Source of the DNA: Mobula hypostoma
Taxonomy: Eukaryota
Direction of reading: 5' to 3'
NCBI RefSeq assembly: GCF_963921235.1
Contig: NC_086111.1
Coordinates: forward strand, 32,054,001 to 32,118,000
Length of the DNA stretch: 64,000 bases
Below are positions 51,701 to 64,000 of the stretch, piece after piece (position 1 is the stretch's first letter; each line of letters opens with the position of its first letter). The notes below the pieces were generated by a model. The model saw only the letters and a list, made by a program, of their open reading frames with translations, ran no database searches and was not told where the DNA came from. The position numbers were made by a program, and so were the translations under genes.

Positions 51701-53400
51701 AATAATTTCTCCAGCACTGTTCCACGTTTCTCAGCCTGGAGGGAAGCAGGGTGACCCCTCGGATGGCAAAGAGAGAGGGTCCAGCACACGTGGCACCCTT
51801 TATAGTGCAGCAGGGCTGGAGGGTCCCGCCCAGGTAATTCACGGGGGCAGGGGGGCAATGGCTCGGTGCCAGCAGAGTTAAGATGATTACATAGGCCAGT
51901 TGCCGGAGGCCACGTACAAGGCTAATTAAAGGGGCCAATGGTTAAGTGTGCGTTGATGGGCGAGGAGGGGTCAAACCTTGATGGGCGAGGAGGGGTCAAA
52001 CCTTGATTGGCAGGTGGCGTGTCTTTTGACCAGGTAATAGGCAGTGCTGTCACGTGACAGTCATGACTCCTCCAATACACCCCCTTTAATCACTCCTGTT
52101 TGTCACTTCTAAAACAATGGAACCCCATAATATTGAGCGGCTAGTTCTGTCCCTCCTGCAACCAAGTCTCACTAATAGCTAAAGTACAATATCATAATTC
52201 CATGCATACCCCAAGCTCATCTGCCTTTCCTACAATACTTCTTAAACTGAAGTGTACACGGCTCATAACATTAGTCGCGTCAGGCTCAACCTTCTGATTG
52301 CTGACATCATCTAATGTCATAACATTTACTTCTGCAACCTTTCCGCTATCTGTTCTGGCACTCTGGTTCCCAGCCCCCTGCAACTTCAGTTAAATCTCTC
52401 CAGTGCAGCACTAGTAAACCTTTCTGCTAGGATATTAGTCCTGCTCCAATTCAAGTGCAAACTGTCTCTTCTATACAGGTCCCACCTTCCCTGGAAGTGA
52501 GCCAATGAACCAATAATCTGACACCCTCCCTCCTACACCAAATCCTAAGCCATGTATTAGCTGTATGATCTTCCTGTTTCTGTCTTACTAGCATGTGGCA
52601 ATGGTGAGATCACAACACTGGGAGTCATCTTCTTTAAATTAGCACCCAACTCCCTGAGCTCATTTACAGAACCCCATCACTCTTCCTACTTATGTCCTTG
52701 GTACCCACATGGACAACAATCTCTGGTTGCTCACCCTCCCACTTAAGAATGCTGAGGACTCAATCCTGGATGTCCCAGTGCCTGACAACCAGGAATCTCC
52801 TTCTCATCCACAAAACCTCCTTTCAATTTCCCTGACTGACAAATCCCATATCACCAAAGCTCACCTCTGTGCTCCCCCTTCCTTTCTGAGTCACAGAGTC
52901 AGACTCAGTGCCAGAGGCCTGACCATTGCTACTTTCCTCTGTTAGGTCACCCCCACCCCCCACACACACAATATCCAAAGTATATCTGCTGTAGAGGGAG
53001 ATGGTCACAGGGCTACTCTGCTCTGGTTATCTAACCCCTTTCCCCTTCCTGACTGTCAGTCAGTCTCCTGTGCCCTGCACCTTGGATGTAACTATCTCTC
53101 TATATGTCCTGTATATCACCACCTCCAACATCCTGAATGATTCGGAGTTCATCCACTCCCAGCTTCAACTCCTTAACAAAGTGAAAGGAGCTGCAGCTAG
53201 ATGCACTTCTCACAGGTGAAGTCTTCAGGGACAATTGAGGTCTCCCTGCCTTCCCAGTTCCAGCAAGAAGAGCATTCAACTATCCAGTCTGGCATCTCTA
53301 CTGTTCTGACTGTGCAAATATAAAGAAGGAGACAAATAAACTGGGGGGAAAAACTACCTACAACTTTTTTGCCTTCTCTCACTCAAGGCTCTCGGCGCTG
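48725..53400 (-). mobile_element. near full-length degenerate CR1 LINE (ORF1 zinc finger/esterase + ORF2), interrupted by a solo LTR
   Basis: VECSSC..W....FTCEKC (ORF1), VGDFNFP, SDH, KSPEPD, VYMDFSEASDKV, MEFNVDKC; CR1 3' UTR at ~48725. Confidence 0.85.
51350..52079 (-). mobile_element. solo LTR (~730 bp) inserted in CR1
   Basis: TG...CA termini, CCCCC on both flanks, AATAAA on - strand (~51427-51432), CpG-rich; CR1 sequence resumes on both sides. Confidence 0.7.
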
Positions 53401-54297
53401 AAATCTCAAAGAGCTAAAGCCTCAAGTAACCACACTAACGCTGTCCAGCCCAACACTAAATGGCGGTGCAGGCTTGAAGGGCCGAATGGCCTACTCCTGC
53501 ACCTATTTTCTATGTTTCTAATGGTCGCTATGCTTGCCCCTGCCTTATTTTTACTTGTTGTTGCCAATCAATCCTGATCACTGATTGGCCACTGTTCAAA
53601 CACCAAATGGCTGTGAATCCATGCCTTATATATTCAATTAGGTGATCCCGAGTGAGCTACATCTTCTCATGCTTCCGATCATTGATTGGTCGCTGCTCAA
53701 ACACCAACCTGCCGCAAATCTATACCTATGTATTGATTCAGTGAACCTGTGTGAACTACATTTTCTTGTGCTTCCGTTGATTGATTGTCTGCTGCTCAAA
53801 AAGCACATAACTAAAGCTTGTAATGCTACTGATTTGCTATGGAACAATTTGCTACTGAGAGCATGCATGAACATTTGGAAATATTATGTATTAAAAAAAA
53901 CTGAATCCTGGAGGTACAGAATGGAAGTTGTCCTCTTAGTCACATTGCCTTGACCATCAAACACCCGCTTGCACTAATCCTGCATTAATACCATATTATT
54001 TTCCCTACATCTCCTATGTTCTTCCCCTCATCTGCACTGTAGGAGCAAATTATAATGGCCAATTAAGCCACTTGTTCTAAATGTTTATATGCATGCCTTT
54101 GCAATGTGAGAAGAAATCAAGGCACTCAAAGGAGACACAAAGTGTTGCCAGGAGGATGTGTAAACTCCAGGCAGCAACACTTGTCAGGGTTGAACCAGAC
54201 CATCGGAGGTGTGCAACAACAGTCTTTCGAGCTCAGCCACTCTGCTGTCCTAAAATTTAATTTTTTCATTGCCTGACGTATCCCTTCGCTTTCATAC

Positions 54298-55553
54298 TGT
54301 TACAAAGACCAGGGCGGAGCCAAACACAGGACACTGGCATGGAGATTGAGTTAGGATGCAGACGAGTGTGTGAGAGTGGCTGGAGCTGAACAGCAAACAA
54401 GAGACAGGTGGCAGGCAAAACTTATCTTGACACGGAGCGTAGAAAGGCAAGCGGTAGGCAATACTTCTCTTGACACGGAGAGATGGAGTTACACAGGTAA
54501 ACCTTGGTACTGAAGTAAAACAAAGAATCCTTATCTTGACACAGAGAGAAAGGGTTACCCAGGTAAACCTCGGTACTGAAGTAAAACTTAGAATACACAA
54601 TCCTAAGCGGCCGGGAACGTTAATTACCACACTGGCTAAACAACGATCTGGTAACGAGTGGATGCAAAGCCGGAGTTTTTATGCTGCGGGTCTTGATGAG
54701 AACCAGGTGTGCCACCATCAAAGGGAATTAGGAGAAAATGGTGAATTAATGGTCGGGACCGTGACAGAACCCCCCCCCCTTAACGGGAGCCTCCAGGCGA
54801 ACCACCAGGCTTGTCTGGTTTGTCGTGATGGAAATCTCGGATGAGGGAAAGGTCCAAGATGAAGGAGTGGGGAATCCAGGTGCACGCCTCAGGATCGTAT
54901 CCCTCCCAATTGACCAGGTACTGGAGATCCTTGCCTTAGCGGCGTACATCAAGTATTCGCCAGACAGTGTAAGCTGGGTAGATGTTGATGACCTGGGCAG
55001 GTGGAGAAGGTTCAGCAGGAGGGCACAAAGGGCTGACAGACACGGGTTTCAGTTGGGAGACGTGGAACGTGGGGTGAATGTGCATAGATCTGGGCAGTTT
55101 GAGTTTGACCACCGAGGGGTTGATAAGGCTCCCGATTTCAAATGGTCCGATGTAACAAGGGGCGAGTTTCTTGGATTCATTCTTCAGGGGGATTTCTCTT
55201 GAAGAGAGCCAAACTTTCTGACCAGGCCGATAGTTGGGCGCTGGAATTCGGTGGCGAATGGCGATCCTCCGGTTGCGGTCAGCGGAGCAGGGCCGAGAAT
55301 GCATCCTTCCAGACCTTGCCGCACTGGCGGGTATGGGCCTGAACAGAAGTCACAGCGATGTTATCTTCATGGACAGGAAACGGTGTTGATAGCCAAGGGA
55401 GCATTTGAAGGGAGACATTCCGGTGGCGGTGCTGACCAGGGAGTTGTGGGCGTACCCCACCCAAGTGAGATGGGTGCTCCAGGATGATGCATTGTAGGTG
55501 GATATGCAGAAACTCCCGGTTCCCAACATCAATTAACCATTGGGACCATGACA
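54298..55553 (-). mobile_element. chromoviral Gypsy (sushi-like) remnant: IN/chromodomain + PPT + 3' LTR
   Basis: 5-bp TSD CATAC (54293-54297 / 55554-55558); [22 protein letters not shown]; PPT AGGGGGGGGGTTC; LTR 54298-~54767. Confidence 0.88.
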
Positions 55554-57120
55554 CATACATAATAATAAGTTAGTAATTTTCAGAAAACAATAGCAAATAC
55601 TGTGCAGATTAATCAATTTTTCTGCAGGAAAAGAAAATGATAACATTTCTAGTAAATACTTTGCCTCAGTTCTGATCGCTGATCTAGCAAGAAAATTTCA
55701 TAATCTGGCTTGGCTTTATCTATGTTTGTGCACTTCTTCTTTTGTATAATCAGGTTTTACTTTGTATTTCTAAAATTTTTGTTTCTAATCATTTTTAAAG
55801 TATATTTGAACATTTGCAGGCTAAATGTTTATATGCATAGACTTAACACCATTTAACAGTTCAGTACAGAAATTTTAAAATATTGCAAAGGAATATTTAG
55901 ATACTAAAAGAAGTTAAATAGCATGTAATAAATGGATGTAATTACTGTAACTTAGCATGTAACTAGTCCAGTGGTTATGATTATTGTACCTGCTGGTTAC
56001 ATTATGGTTACAGTACAGCACTGGATGAGTAATCCTGGTTCAATAATTATACAGTCCAATTATGGCATTTTGATAATCCAACATTATTTAGTTAAACCTA
56101 GTGTTAGTAATAACGACATCTTTATGTGACACTCTTTTTCTGCTTTGAGAAGAAAACCCTACCATCTTCACTCTCAAGACAGCACAATGCAAAGAGTGTA
56201 AATCTCTCCCTGCCAGTACATAGCCTCTCCAACAGCAAGCCTCATGAAGTGCCTCCTTGCTGGCAACACACAGAAACTGAACTCCTTTTGGACTCAGGTT
56301 GACCTACAGGAGAAGGGAAGAAGTGTGATCCCGGCACATGTAGCACGCAGGCCCACTGGACGCACCCTGGTGCTCGTGAACCAGATCCCCAGCTACAGGT
56401 AAATCGCCCCACTGCCTTGTGAGCACCCTCGAGAGAGATGAAGGCAGGAAATCCAGACTGGAGCCCCTAAGGCGGCTGGACATCATTGAACATCTTTCCG
56501 GCAGCTCTTGTGGCCAAGCTGGTGACAAACGTATTGCTTCATAAGCTTTCCTTTAGTGAGGCCAAAAGGGGGATGACTGGGCACCTCAGAATTTCCATAC
56601 CTTCTGCCCAGGGCTGCGATGATGATGATCACTGATGCAGCTTTGCCTGCTGGGCATTTACAGCATTTTCTATTTCTTTTTAACACGTATTTCTAGCATT
56701 GGCAGTCCTATTTTGATGTTCACTTGATAGCACCAATACTGACTGAGTGGCCAAATCCTGAAGAAAATGGCTGCCAATTGCAGTTTGTGAAGGGTGTTGA
56801 GAGTGTGGGGGAAAACCAGGCCATTTGGCCCTTTGAGCCTGTTCTGCTATTCATTGTGATAATGGATGCATATCATATTCCTGTTCATTCCCCATACGCT
56901 CAATCCTTTTATGTTTAGAAATCTTTCCACACCAGGTATGTTCAGTGACTTAGCCTGATGAAACTGAGATGAATGGGCATCGCAGAGAAAGTACTCAAAT
57001 AGCTGGAATCATACCTAACCTAAAGGAAGAGTCATCTTTATCTCAGCACATGGAAGCTGGACTTCCTTAGGGAAGTGCCCAGGTTCTACTCCTCTTTGGA
57101 TGCTTCGGATCAAAACGTTC

Positions 57121-57397
57121 GGGTGGCACGGTAGCGTAGTGGTTAGCACAATGATTTGCAGTACAGGTGAAGGGTTCAATTCCCGCTGCTGCCTGTACAG
57201 AGTTTGTATGTCCTCCCCATGACCGTGTGGGTTTGCTCTGGGTGCTCTGATTTCCTCCCACAGTCCAAAGATGTACCAGTTGGTAAGTTAATTGGCCATT
57301 GTAAATGGTCCTGTGATTCTGCTCAGATAGCTGCGTGGTGTGGTTCAGAGGGCCAGAAGGGCCTATTCCGCACCATACCTCAATAAATAATAAATAA
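57121..57397 (+). mobile_element. tRNA-derived V-SINE (HE1-like)
   Basis: A box TAGCGTAGTGG, B box GGTTCAATTCC, V-domain GTGGGTTT...TTCCTCCCACAGTCCAAAGA, (TAAA)n tail. Confidence 0.8.
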
Positions 57398-57649
57398 AAT
57401 GGTGAAGGAGGTAATGTTGATGATGGGCTCCCTTGTGACTGCTCAGATATTGTACATAAATGATGCACGAGCTGGGGAACAACTGTGCGGGCTGATAGGA
57501 GGGTCAACACACAAGTAGCAGAATATGCCTGTACAGTTGAAGAGAAACTAATCATCTCCACTTGACATTCCCTTGCTAACCAATCCCTCACCAGATGCAA
57601 TCTGTCATGTCTATTGACCAGCCACTTGATTGAATTTACGGCACAACTA

Positions 57650-58428
57650 CACCCAGTGGCTACTTGATTAGGTACACCTGCTTGTTTATGCAAATATCTG
57701 ATTAGCCAATCATCCGGCAGCAGTTCAATGTATAAAAGCATGCGTACATGGTCAAGAGGTTAGATGTTGTTCAGACCAAACATCAGAATGGGGAAGAAAT
57801 GTGATCAACATCACTTTGACTATGAATGATTGCTGGTGCCAGACAAGGTGGGTTGAGTTCCTTGGAAATTGCTGATCTCCTGGGATTTTCACACACGACA
57901 GACTCTAGTGTGTATGAAGAATGGAGTGAAAAACAGAAAACATCCAGTGAGCAGCAGCTCTGTGATGCACTATCAATTACTCCAAAAGACTGGAAGTAGA
58001 GTAAATACTGAAAGGTTTTTGTTAACAGTAAATGGACCAACGTCCATGCTGAGTATCTGCCCCTGGACTGAGAGGAGGAGCAATGGCCCAGTCACCTTTA
58101 TTCAGGGGTCTGTGGGAGGAGCCACAGGAGCAGTCAGCAGAGGGGCGTGTCCAGACAGGTAACCCAGTTACAACATATATATATGGTTTACCACACTCTG
58201 TGGGCAAAATGCCTTGTTGATGAGAGAGGACAGAGGAGAATAGCTAGACCGTTTCAAGCTGATAGGAAGGCGACAATAACTCAAATAACCACATGTGGTG
58301 TGCAGAAGATCATCTCCGAATGCTCAACACATCAGACCTTGAAGTGCATGGGCTACAGCAGCAGAAGAGTACACTCAGAGGCCACTTTGTTAGGTACAGC
58401 AGGAGCCTAATAAAGTGGCTACTGAGTG
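57650..58428 (+). mobile_element. degenerate Tc1-like DNA transposon
   Basis: Imperfect TIRs (CAGTGGCTACTT..ATTAGG) and transposase N-terminal remnants (LVDERGQRRIAR...ISECS). Confidence 0.6.
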
Positions 58429-58933
58429 TATCTTGGCCTTTCTGTGGTAAATGATTTGACGATTGGTTTTCAATGCACAAAGCATGACTAAGTAGTTTTT
58501 GTAAGGTATTTGCATGTGACTTTGTGGCTTCCAGCATGTGCACCACTGGCTGAGATCCAATCCAACGATATTCAAGAACCTCAGTAGTTTTTAACACAAA
58601 TGAGAGGCAAAGTGATCTGCCCCATGTGTATCAGCTTCATTCAATCAAATCCCACCTCTGCTGCAAAGTCACTAGAATGTGTGCAGTCATTAAAATGAAC
58701 TACAGCAGCACACCAGAACTCCTGCAGTTCTACTTCCAGAATTTGCAGCTTTTACCATCTAGAAGGGAAAGTTATCGAATGCATAGGTACATAGGTACGT
58801 TGCTTTTGCTCTCCTCTTCCTCTACAGCACCCCTCCCAGCCCAGTGTACACCACCTGAACCTGCAAATAAGTTATACTTTGGTAACACACACAAAATGCT
58901 GGAGGAACTTGGCAGGTCAGGTATCATCTATGG

Positions 58934-59143
58934 CAGGGGTCCCCAAACTTTTTTGCACTGCGGACCAGTTTAATATTGACAATATTCTTGCAGACCAGCC
59001 GACGGGGTGGGGGGGGGGTGTTCAAGTTCAACAGTGCGTGACAGGAAATGAGGAAAGGTGCAGCTGACTCATATCATTTCATATCGCCAAATCATATTGT
59101 TTCCTCTCGGCCCGGTAGCACATTTTTTGCATGGGGACCACTG
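58934..59143. mobile_element. hAT/Charlie-type MITE with 8-bp TSD, nested in a Penelope-derived palindrome (~58885-59310)
   Basis: CAGGGGTCCCCA...TGGGGACCACTG; TSD ATCTATGG / ATCTACGG. Confidence 0.78.
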
Positions 59144-60414
59144 ATCTACGGAAGGGAATAAACAAACAACATTTCAGGCCAAGTCCCTTCATCATGACGG
59201 TTGATGAGACTTGATGAAGCATCTTGGTCTCAAACATTGACTGCTTATTGACCTCCATAGATGCTGCCTGACCTGCTGAGTTCCTCCAGTATTTTGTTTG
59301 TTGGTCAAGAATCTCTTATGCCTATTGGTCTTTGGTTCCTAGTTGTTACAGCTACTTATTGTACCATGGGAGCATTTCTATCACACTGCTATGGTTTAAA
59401 AAGGCAGTGCATTCTTCAATTTCATAAGCACAAGTGATGGACGATAATAATGACCTTGTCAGCAACGTTCACATTTGTGGATGTATTAAAATCAAATCAA
59501 GCATACTAGTAATTATTTGGTGATTTTCCAGCAAGCTGGATTAGTAATGTACAAATGCAATGTGCAGTTTTCTATTTGTAATTCCATTCCTGATGAGTTT
59601 CTGTCTGCAGCATGGTTTATATAAATGTGAAAGGTAAAATGTCATGGCTACACTAAGCAGCTTTCAGAATCTTTCAAAGTTAATATTGGGGCATCAAAGC
59701 AAAAAAAGCCCGGCAGCTATTCAAGTCTGCGTCTTGAGTGAAAAGGAAAATTAAAGAAGATTGTCAGATTACTTATTTTCTGCTTTTTTTTTGGCAAAAT
59801 GCCTCATGCGTTTAGTTATCTGAAGGAGTAGCACAGTTGGTTAATCATTCTGAATCTCCCCATGTTATGAAAGGGTTCTGTTTCTGTGAACCATCTGTGA
59901 CCCAAACAGTTTGCAAGTGGGAAATGTGGTAATGAATCTAATTCTAAATGACAGAGGAAGCCTGCAGTCCTGTAGTAACTGACAAATCTATCCCTCCAGT
60001 TTTCCAAGGGCTTATTTGTAAATATAGTGTGTTTATAAATCAGGTATTCATACCTGGAGGTCCTATATTTTTGTTTTAAGGACCAGTGAGTGTAATTTGT
60101 GCCACAACCACCTGAGGGCAGTGTAAAGACAGGGAAAAAAAAACAAGGAAATCAGTGGGTCAATACGCTTCTGTGGAGGCAAAAGGATAACCAATACCTC
60201 AGGTTGTGAGGTAACCAATACCTCAGGCCTTTCATCAGAACTGAGAATATAGAGTGAAGATTGCCAGTGTGCCAAAGTGCGAGGGGGAAACAGGTGAATA
60301 GGTGATAAATGGAATCAGGTGAAGTGGGGAAGAAGGAGAAATTACAAACCGAGGCCGTTAGGTGATAAGTCAAAATGGGTAAAGAAAAGGAGGGACAATC
60401 TGCACACGCCTATC

Positions 60415-62229
60415 TGTTATATTCTGTAACTCCAAAACATAAAACTAATTGAAGGATAAACACAGAGCCAGGGATAATATGAGTCTACTTCGTTTTCACA
60501 TTTAGTAAGGCACGCACTTATGATGTAGTGGAATAATGACGTGTGCCATTCACATGCTTTTACATATAACACATAATGGGTTATTTAAACAAACAAGGAA
60601 TGCTTAATCAAACAATATATATTAAAATATTATTCAAATATTACTGAGATACTAAATAAACAACATTCCTCTCTGCTTAGCTATAAACTCCAGTTTAATA
60701 CAGAATGCATTTTAACTATATTTACAGTACAATACAACTTCCATACAGACATCCAGAGAATAGTAAATTTTAAATTGTCCCATTTTGGCCTAAAACTTAA
60801 CCATTGTAGAGGATTCCTTACTCTTGTGGGATAACATCTTTCCTGTCAAGGAGGTTAACTCTGCTTGGCAAGTGAGATCCGTGGCTGGGAAACTATCTCA
60901 GGGTCTGGGGCCTCCTCCATGGTGGTTGTTGGTGTTGATCCTGGGACTGCAGGAAGTGGATCTGATAGCTCTGAACATCTTTATTCTGGACATATTGGCA
61001 TCCCGAATAGTGCATGGCAAGCTGCTCGATCTGCTAAGGCCACGGGACAAAACTTAAAGCCAGTGCTTTCACTTTGACCATGCCTAGATGACCGACATGT
61101 AGCTCCTCCAACACTTTAGCTCTCAGCTTGGATGGTGCAAGAACTCTCAATCCTCACATACGGCAACCCCCATCAAGGGCAAGTTTATCTTGGCTCTGGA
61201 AAAATGGGGAACTGGAGTTTCTACTCCATATTCCAGCCAAGTTGGGTAGCCATGTAGACCTGAGACCGTGCGGGGTCTTTTTTTGTTTCCCTTTGGATCT
61301 TCTCTGCTGTAAGGGAGATGTTGCTTTGGGGAGAATATGTCAAGAGGAGTGTCCTCTTTTAGTAATTTTTCGTTATGCATCATTATGCCCATCACTGAAC
61401 TGACAATGCTCAGACAATCTCTTCAATTCAGCCATTTACGCTGAAGTGGACTCTCCTTCCTTTTGATTCCACTTATGAAATCTAAAGCATCCTGCAATCA
61501 AGATCCGCTTCAGTTCTAAATGTTCCTGCATTGCTTTCACAACCTCAGCAAAGCTCATTTTGGCTGGTTTGGTTGGAACAATCAAAGTTTTAAGCAAACT
61601 CTATGCTCTCCCACCAAATACATACCGTAACACTGGCACTTGCTTCTCATTGGCTATTTCATTCGCTTGATATTACTGCTCAACTTTTCAGTATTCATCT
61701 ACCCATTATGTGTTGTGCAATTGGATGTGTCTATTTTTCTGATGTAGCCATCAACTTCCGCTTTTTAAAATTATTTATTATTATTAGCATCACCTGGTAC
61801 TCACTGTTATGAACCCATGTGTTTCATCCGTTTTCTGCCTTTTCTTTATCTTGACCATTTCTGTCTCCTCTTGCAAAGAAAACATGCTGCACTTTTTTTT
61901 TACAAAAACTCAAACATCTTGCTGCACTTCAACAGGTAGGCAGTCATCTCAGATTCATTTTAAAAGTACCTCATTGCCACTATTATGCTTTGTAACTCCA
62001 AAACATAAAACAATAGAAAGAAAAACACAGAGCTGGGGATAATATATGTCTACTTTGCTTTTACATTTAGTGAGATACACGCTTATGACATGGTGATGTA
62101 ATGAAGTGTGCCATTCACGTACTTTTACATATAACTCATAATAAATTATTTAAACAAACAAAGAATGCTTAATCACACAATATATTTACAATATTACTCA
62201 AATATTATTGAAATATTAAATCCACAACA
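60415..62229 (-). mobile_element. internally deleted Gypsy/Ty3 element with two LTRs and TSD; same family as 14638-20431
   Basis: LTRs 60415-60665 and 61981-62229; TSD CTATC on both sides; PPT AGCAGAGAGGAA; TGGCAATGAGG PBS; gag and IN (VLEELHVGHLGMVKVKALA) remnants. Confidence 0.85.
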
Positions 62230-62849
62230 CTATCCATCTTGGTTTCTTCTCTCCTGGCCTACTTCCAGTCAACGTCTCCATCTGTTTCCATCTACCCATC
62301 ATCCCAAACTAATGTGGTTCTACCTTCCCCTTCACCCTCCCCCCACTTGCTTCCATCTGCCCCTTTTCTTTTCACTGACCCTCTCTCTCACCTCTTTACA
62401 TTGGCTATCTTCCCTTTACATCTTTAGTCCAGATATAGGATCACAACCCAAAATGTCGACTATTCCTTTGTCTTCACAAATGCTTCTTGGTCCACTGAAT
62501 TCCTGCAAAAGTTTTTTTAAAAAAATTATTGATTCCAACACCTGCTGCTTCTTCTGTCTCCTAAATTTTGTGAGAATTTGTAACCTAACAGAGATTTGAC
62601 TGTGAAATTCAATCACATTCATTACAAAACACTTAATGTTCAAAATTAGCCCTCTGTGCATTCAAAGATTAAAAAGAAAAAAAAAGTTTTTCCAAAAGAA
62701 TGCATTCTGCTACATTTTATATTTTTGGCATAATCAATTGATGTGCCTGAAGGCTACTTTCTCCACAGAACATCTCATCTCAGCCCAAAAGCACTACATT
62801 TAGGACAGTGCAAGTACGGCTAAGAATACAATCAGAGTCCGGATTCTGA

Positions 62850-64000
62850 ACCTCAGATCTGGAGTACCTTATTCTGCTGTGTAGACCTTTCTGGCTGCCT
62901 TGGGAGTTCACGGCTGTTATTGTCACAGTTGTGTATGTTCCACTGCAGGCTGATACTTACCTGGCTCTCTAGGAACTGTACAGTTCCTGGAGACTGCACA
63001 CCCAGAGGCTGCCTTCACCGTTGCTGGAGACTTTAATAGAGTGTCGTCGTCTAAAGTCTCTCTGAAGTTTTGTCAGCATATCCGGGGAGCTCATGGGGAG
63101 ACAGCATACTCGACCACTGCTACTCTCCCTTCCGCAACACTTACAAAGCGCTCCTCCATCCGCCATTTGGAAAGTCGGATCACTCTTCCATCTTGCTTCT
63201 GCCAATGTACAAGGAAAAGCTGAAACAAGAGGCGGCCATAGTTAAAACTGTCAACTGTTGGTCTAACCAGTCAGTCTCCATGCCTCAGGACTGCTGTAAT
63301 GACATCAACTGGATTGTCTTTCATGATGAGGATGTCTCTGAGTTCATGGAAGGGGTCACGAGCTGCATACGGAAGTGCAACGAGGACGTTGTCTCCCAAA
63401 AATTGGTCAGGGTCTATCCAACCCAGTAACCCTGGATCAACAGTTCCGTGTGAACAGCACTTATCATGTGAGTCAGACCATACATTGTCGCTAACCAAAA
63501 GGAACTCAAGAAATGCAGCTATGACCTACACAATGTCATCAAGGCAGCAAAACGACAATACAGGGACAAGATCCATACACAATTCTCCACCAACAACACA
63601 CACTGCTTATGGCAAGGTTTGCACACCATCACAGAGTTCACAGCTAAGCGTATTGGTGCCTCTCTCCCAGGTGAGCCAAATCTTTTTTATGCTTGGTTCG
63701 ATGTCACCAACTCTGAGCCCCTGAGGAGAGCTGCCGATGTGACCTGCACCTTGGTCATCTCTGAGGCTGAAGTACGCAGGTGTTTCCAATGAGTGGACAT
63801 TAGCAAGGCTGTGGGACCGGACGGCATCCTGGGGCTGGTACTCAGGATGTGTGTGGCACAACTGGCAAGTATATTTACAGAAATTTTGAATCTCTCTCTC
63901 TCCCAGTGAGTGCCCTCCTGCCCAAAACATTTGCCATTGTTCCTAAAAATACTAAGGTAACTTGTCTGAACGACTTGCGTCCTGTCACACTCACCTCAAT
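62850..64000 (+). mobile_element. Rex1/Babar-type LINE ORF2 (endonuclease to RT start), runs off the window
   Basis: AGDFN, LDHCYS, PFGKSDH, KAVGPDGI, LNDLRPVTLTS. Confidence 0.85.

Noticed and set aside
53570-53800. Three ~105-bp spaced repeats (GATTGG..CTG.TCAAA), superficially array-like
   Set aside because: Degenerate tandem units next to the CR1 5' end in eukaryotic DNA; not CRISPR and no evidence of function.
57121-57190. tRNA gene (A and B boxes)
   Set aside because: Continues into a V-SINE core and tail; it is a SINE head.
57067-57741. 224-aa ORF on - strand
   Set aside because: Spans a Tc1 end, a LINE scrap and an antisense SINE; not a coherent gene.

Overview
Vertebrate genomic DNA. 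The repeat content (CR1, Rex1, V-SINE/HE1-like, Penelope-like) suggests a cartilaginous fish, probably a ray; this is inference. Two host genes converge tail to tail. The last five coding exons of cereblon (CRBN, + strand) lie at 1484-10335, and the complete 7-coding-exon TRNT1 (CCA-adding enzyme, - strand, 426 aa) lies at 33595-25575, with a CpG-island promoter. The rest is mostly transposable elements. The main finding is a degenerate endogenous retrovirus on the - strand (~38.96-46.32 kb). Its LTR end, tRNA-Leu PBS, Gag with two Cys-His knuckles, DTG protease and integrase are not foamy-like, yet it is joined to an env that aligns motif by motif with foamy-virus (spumaretrovirus) Env. A second diverged copy of the env C-terminus plus a putative accessory region lies upstream of the LTR. 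Other highlights: a Sleeping Beauty-subfamily Tc1 element rearranged into a fold-back with two right ends inside a TRNT1 intron (horizontal-transfer candidate), an intact-looking minimal hammerhead ribozyme in a palindromic Penelope-derived insert, dual-start/uORF control of TRNT1, and CRBN substitutions at IMiD-relevant positions. All homology calls are by eye against remembered sequences; no searches were run.
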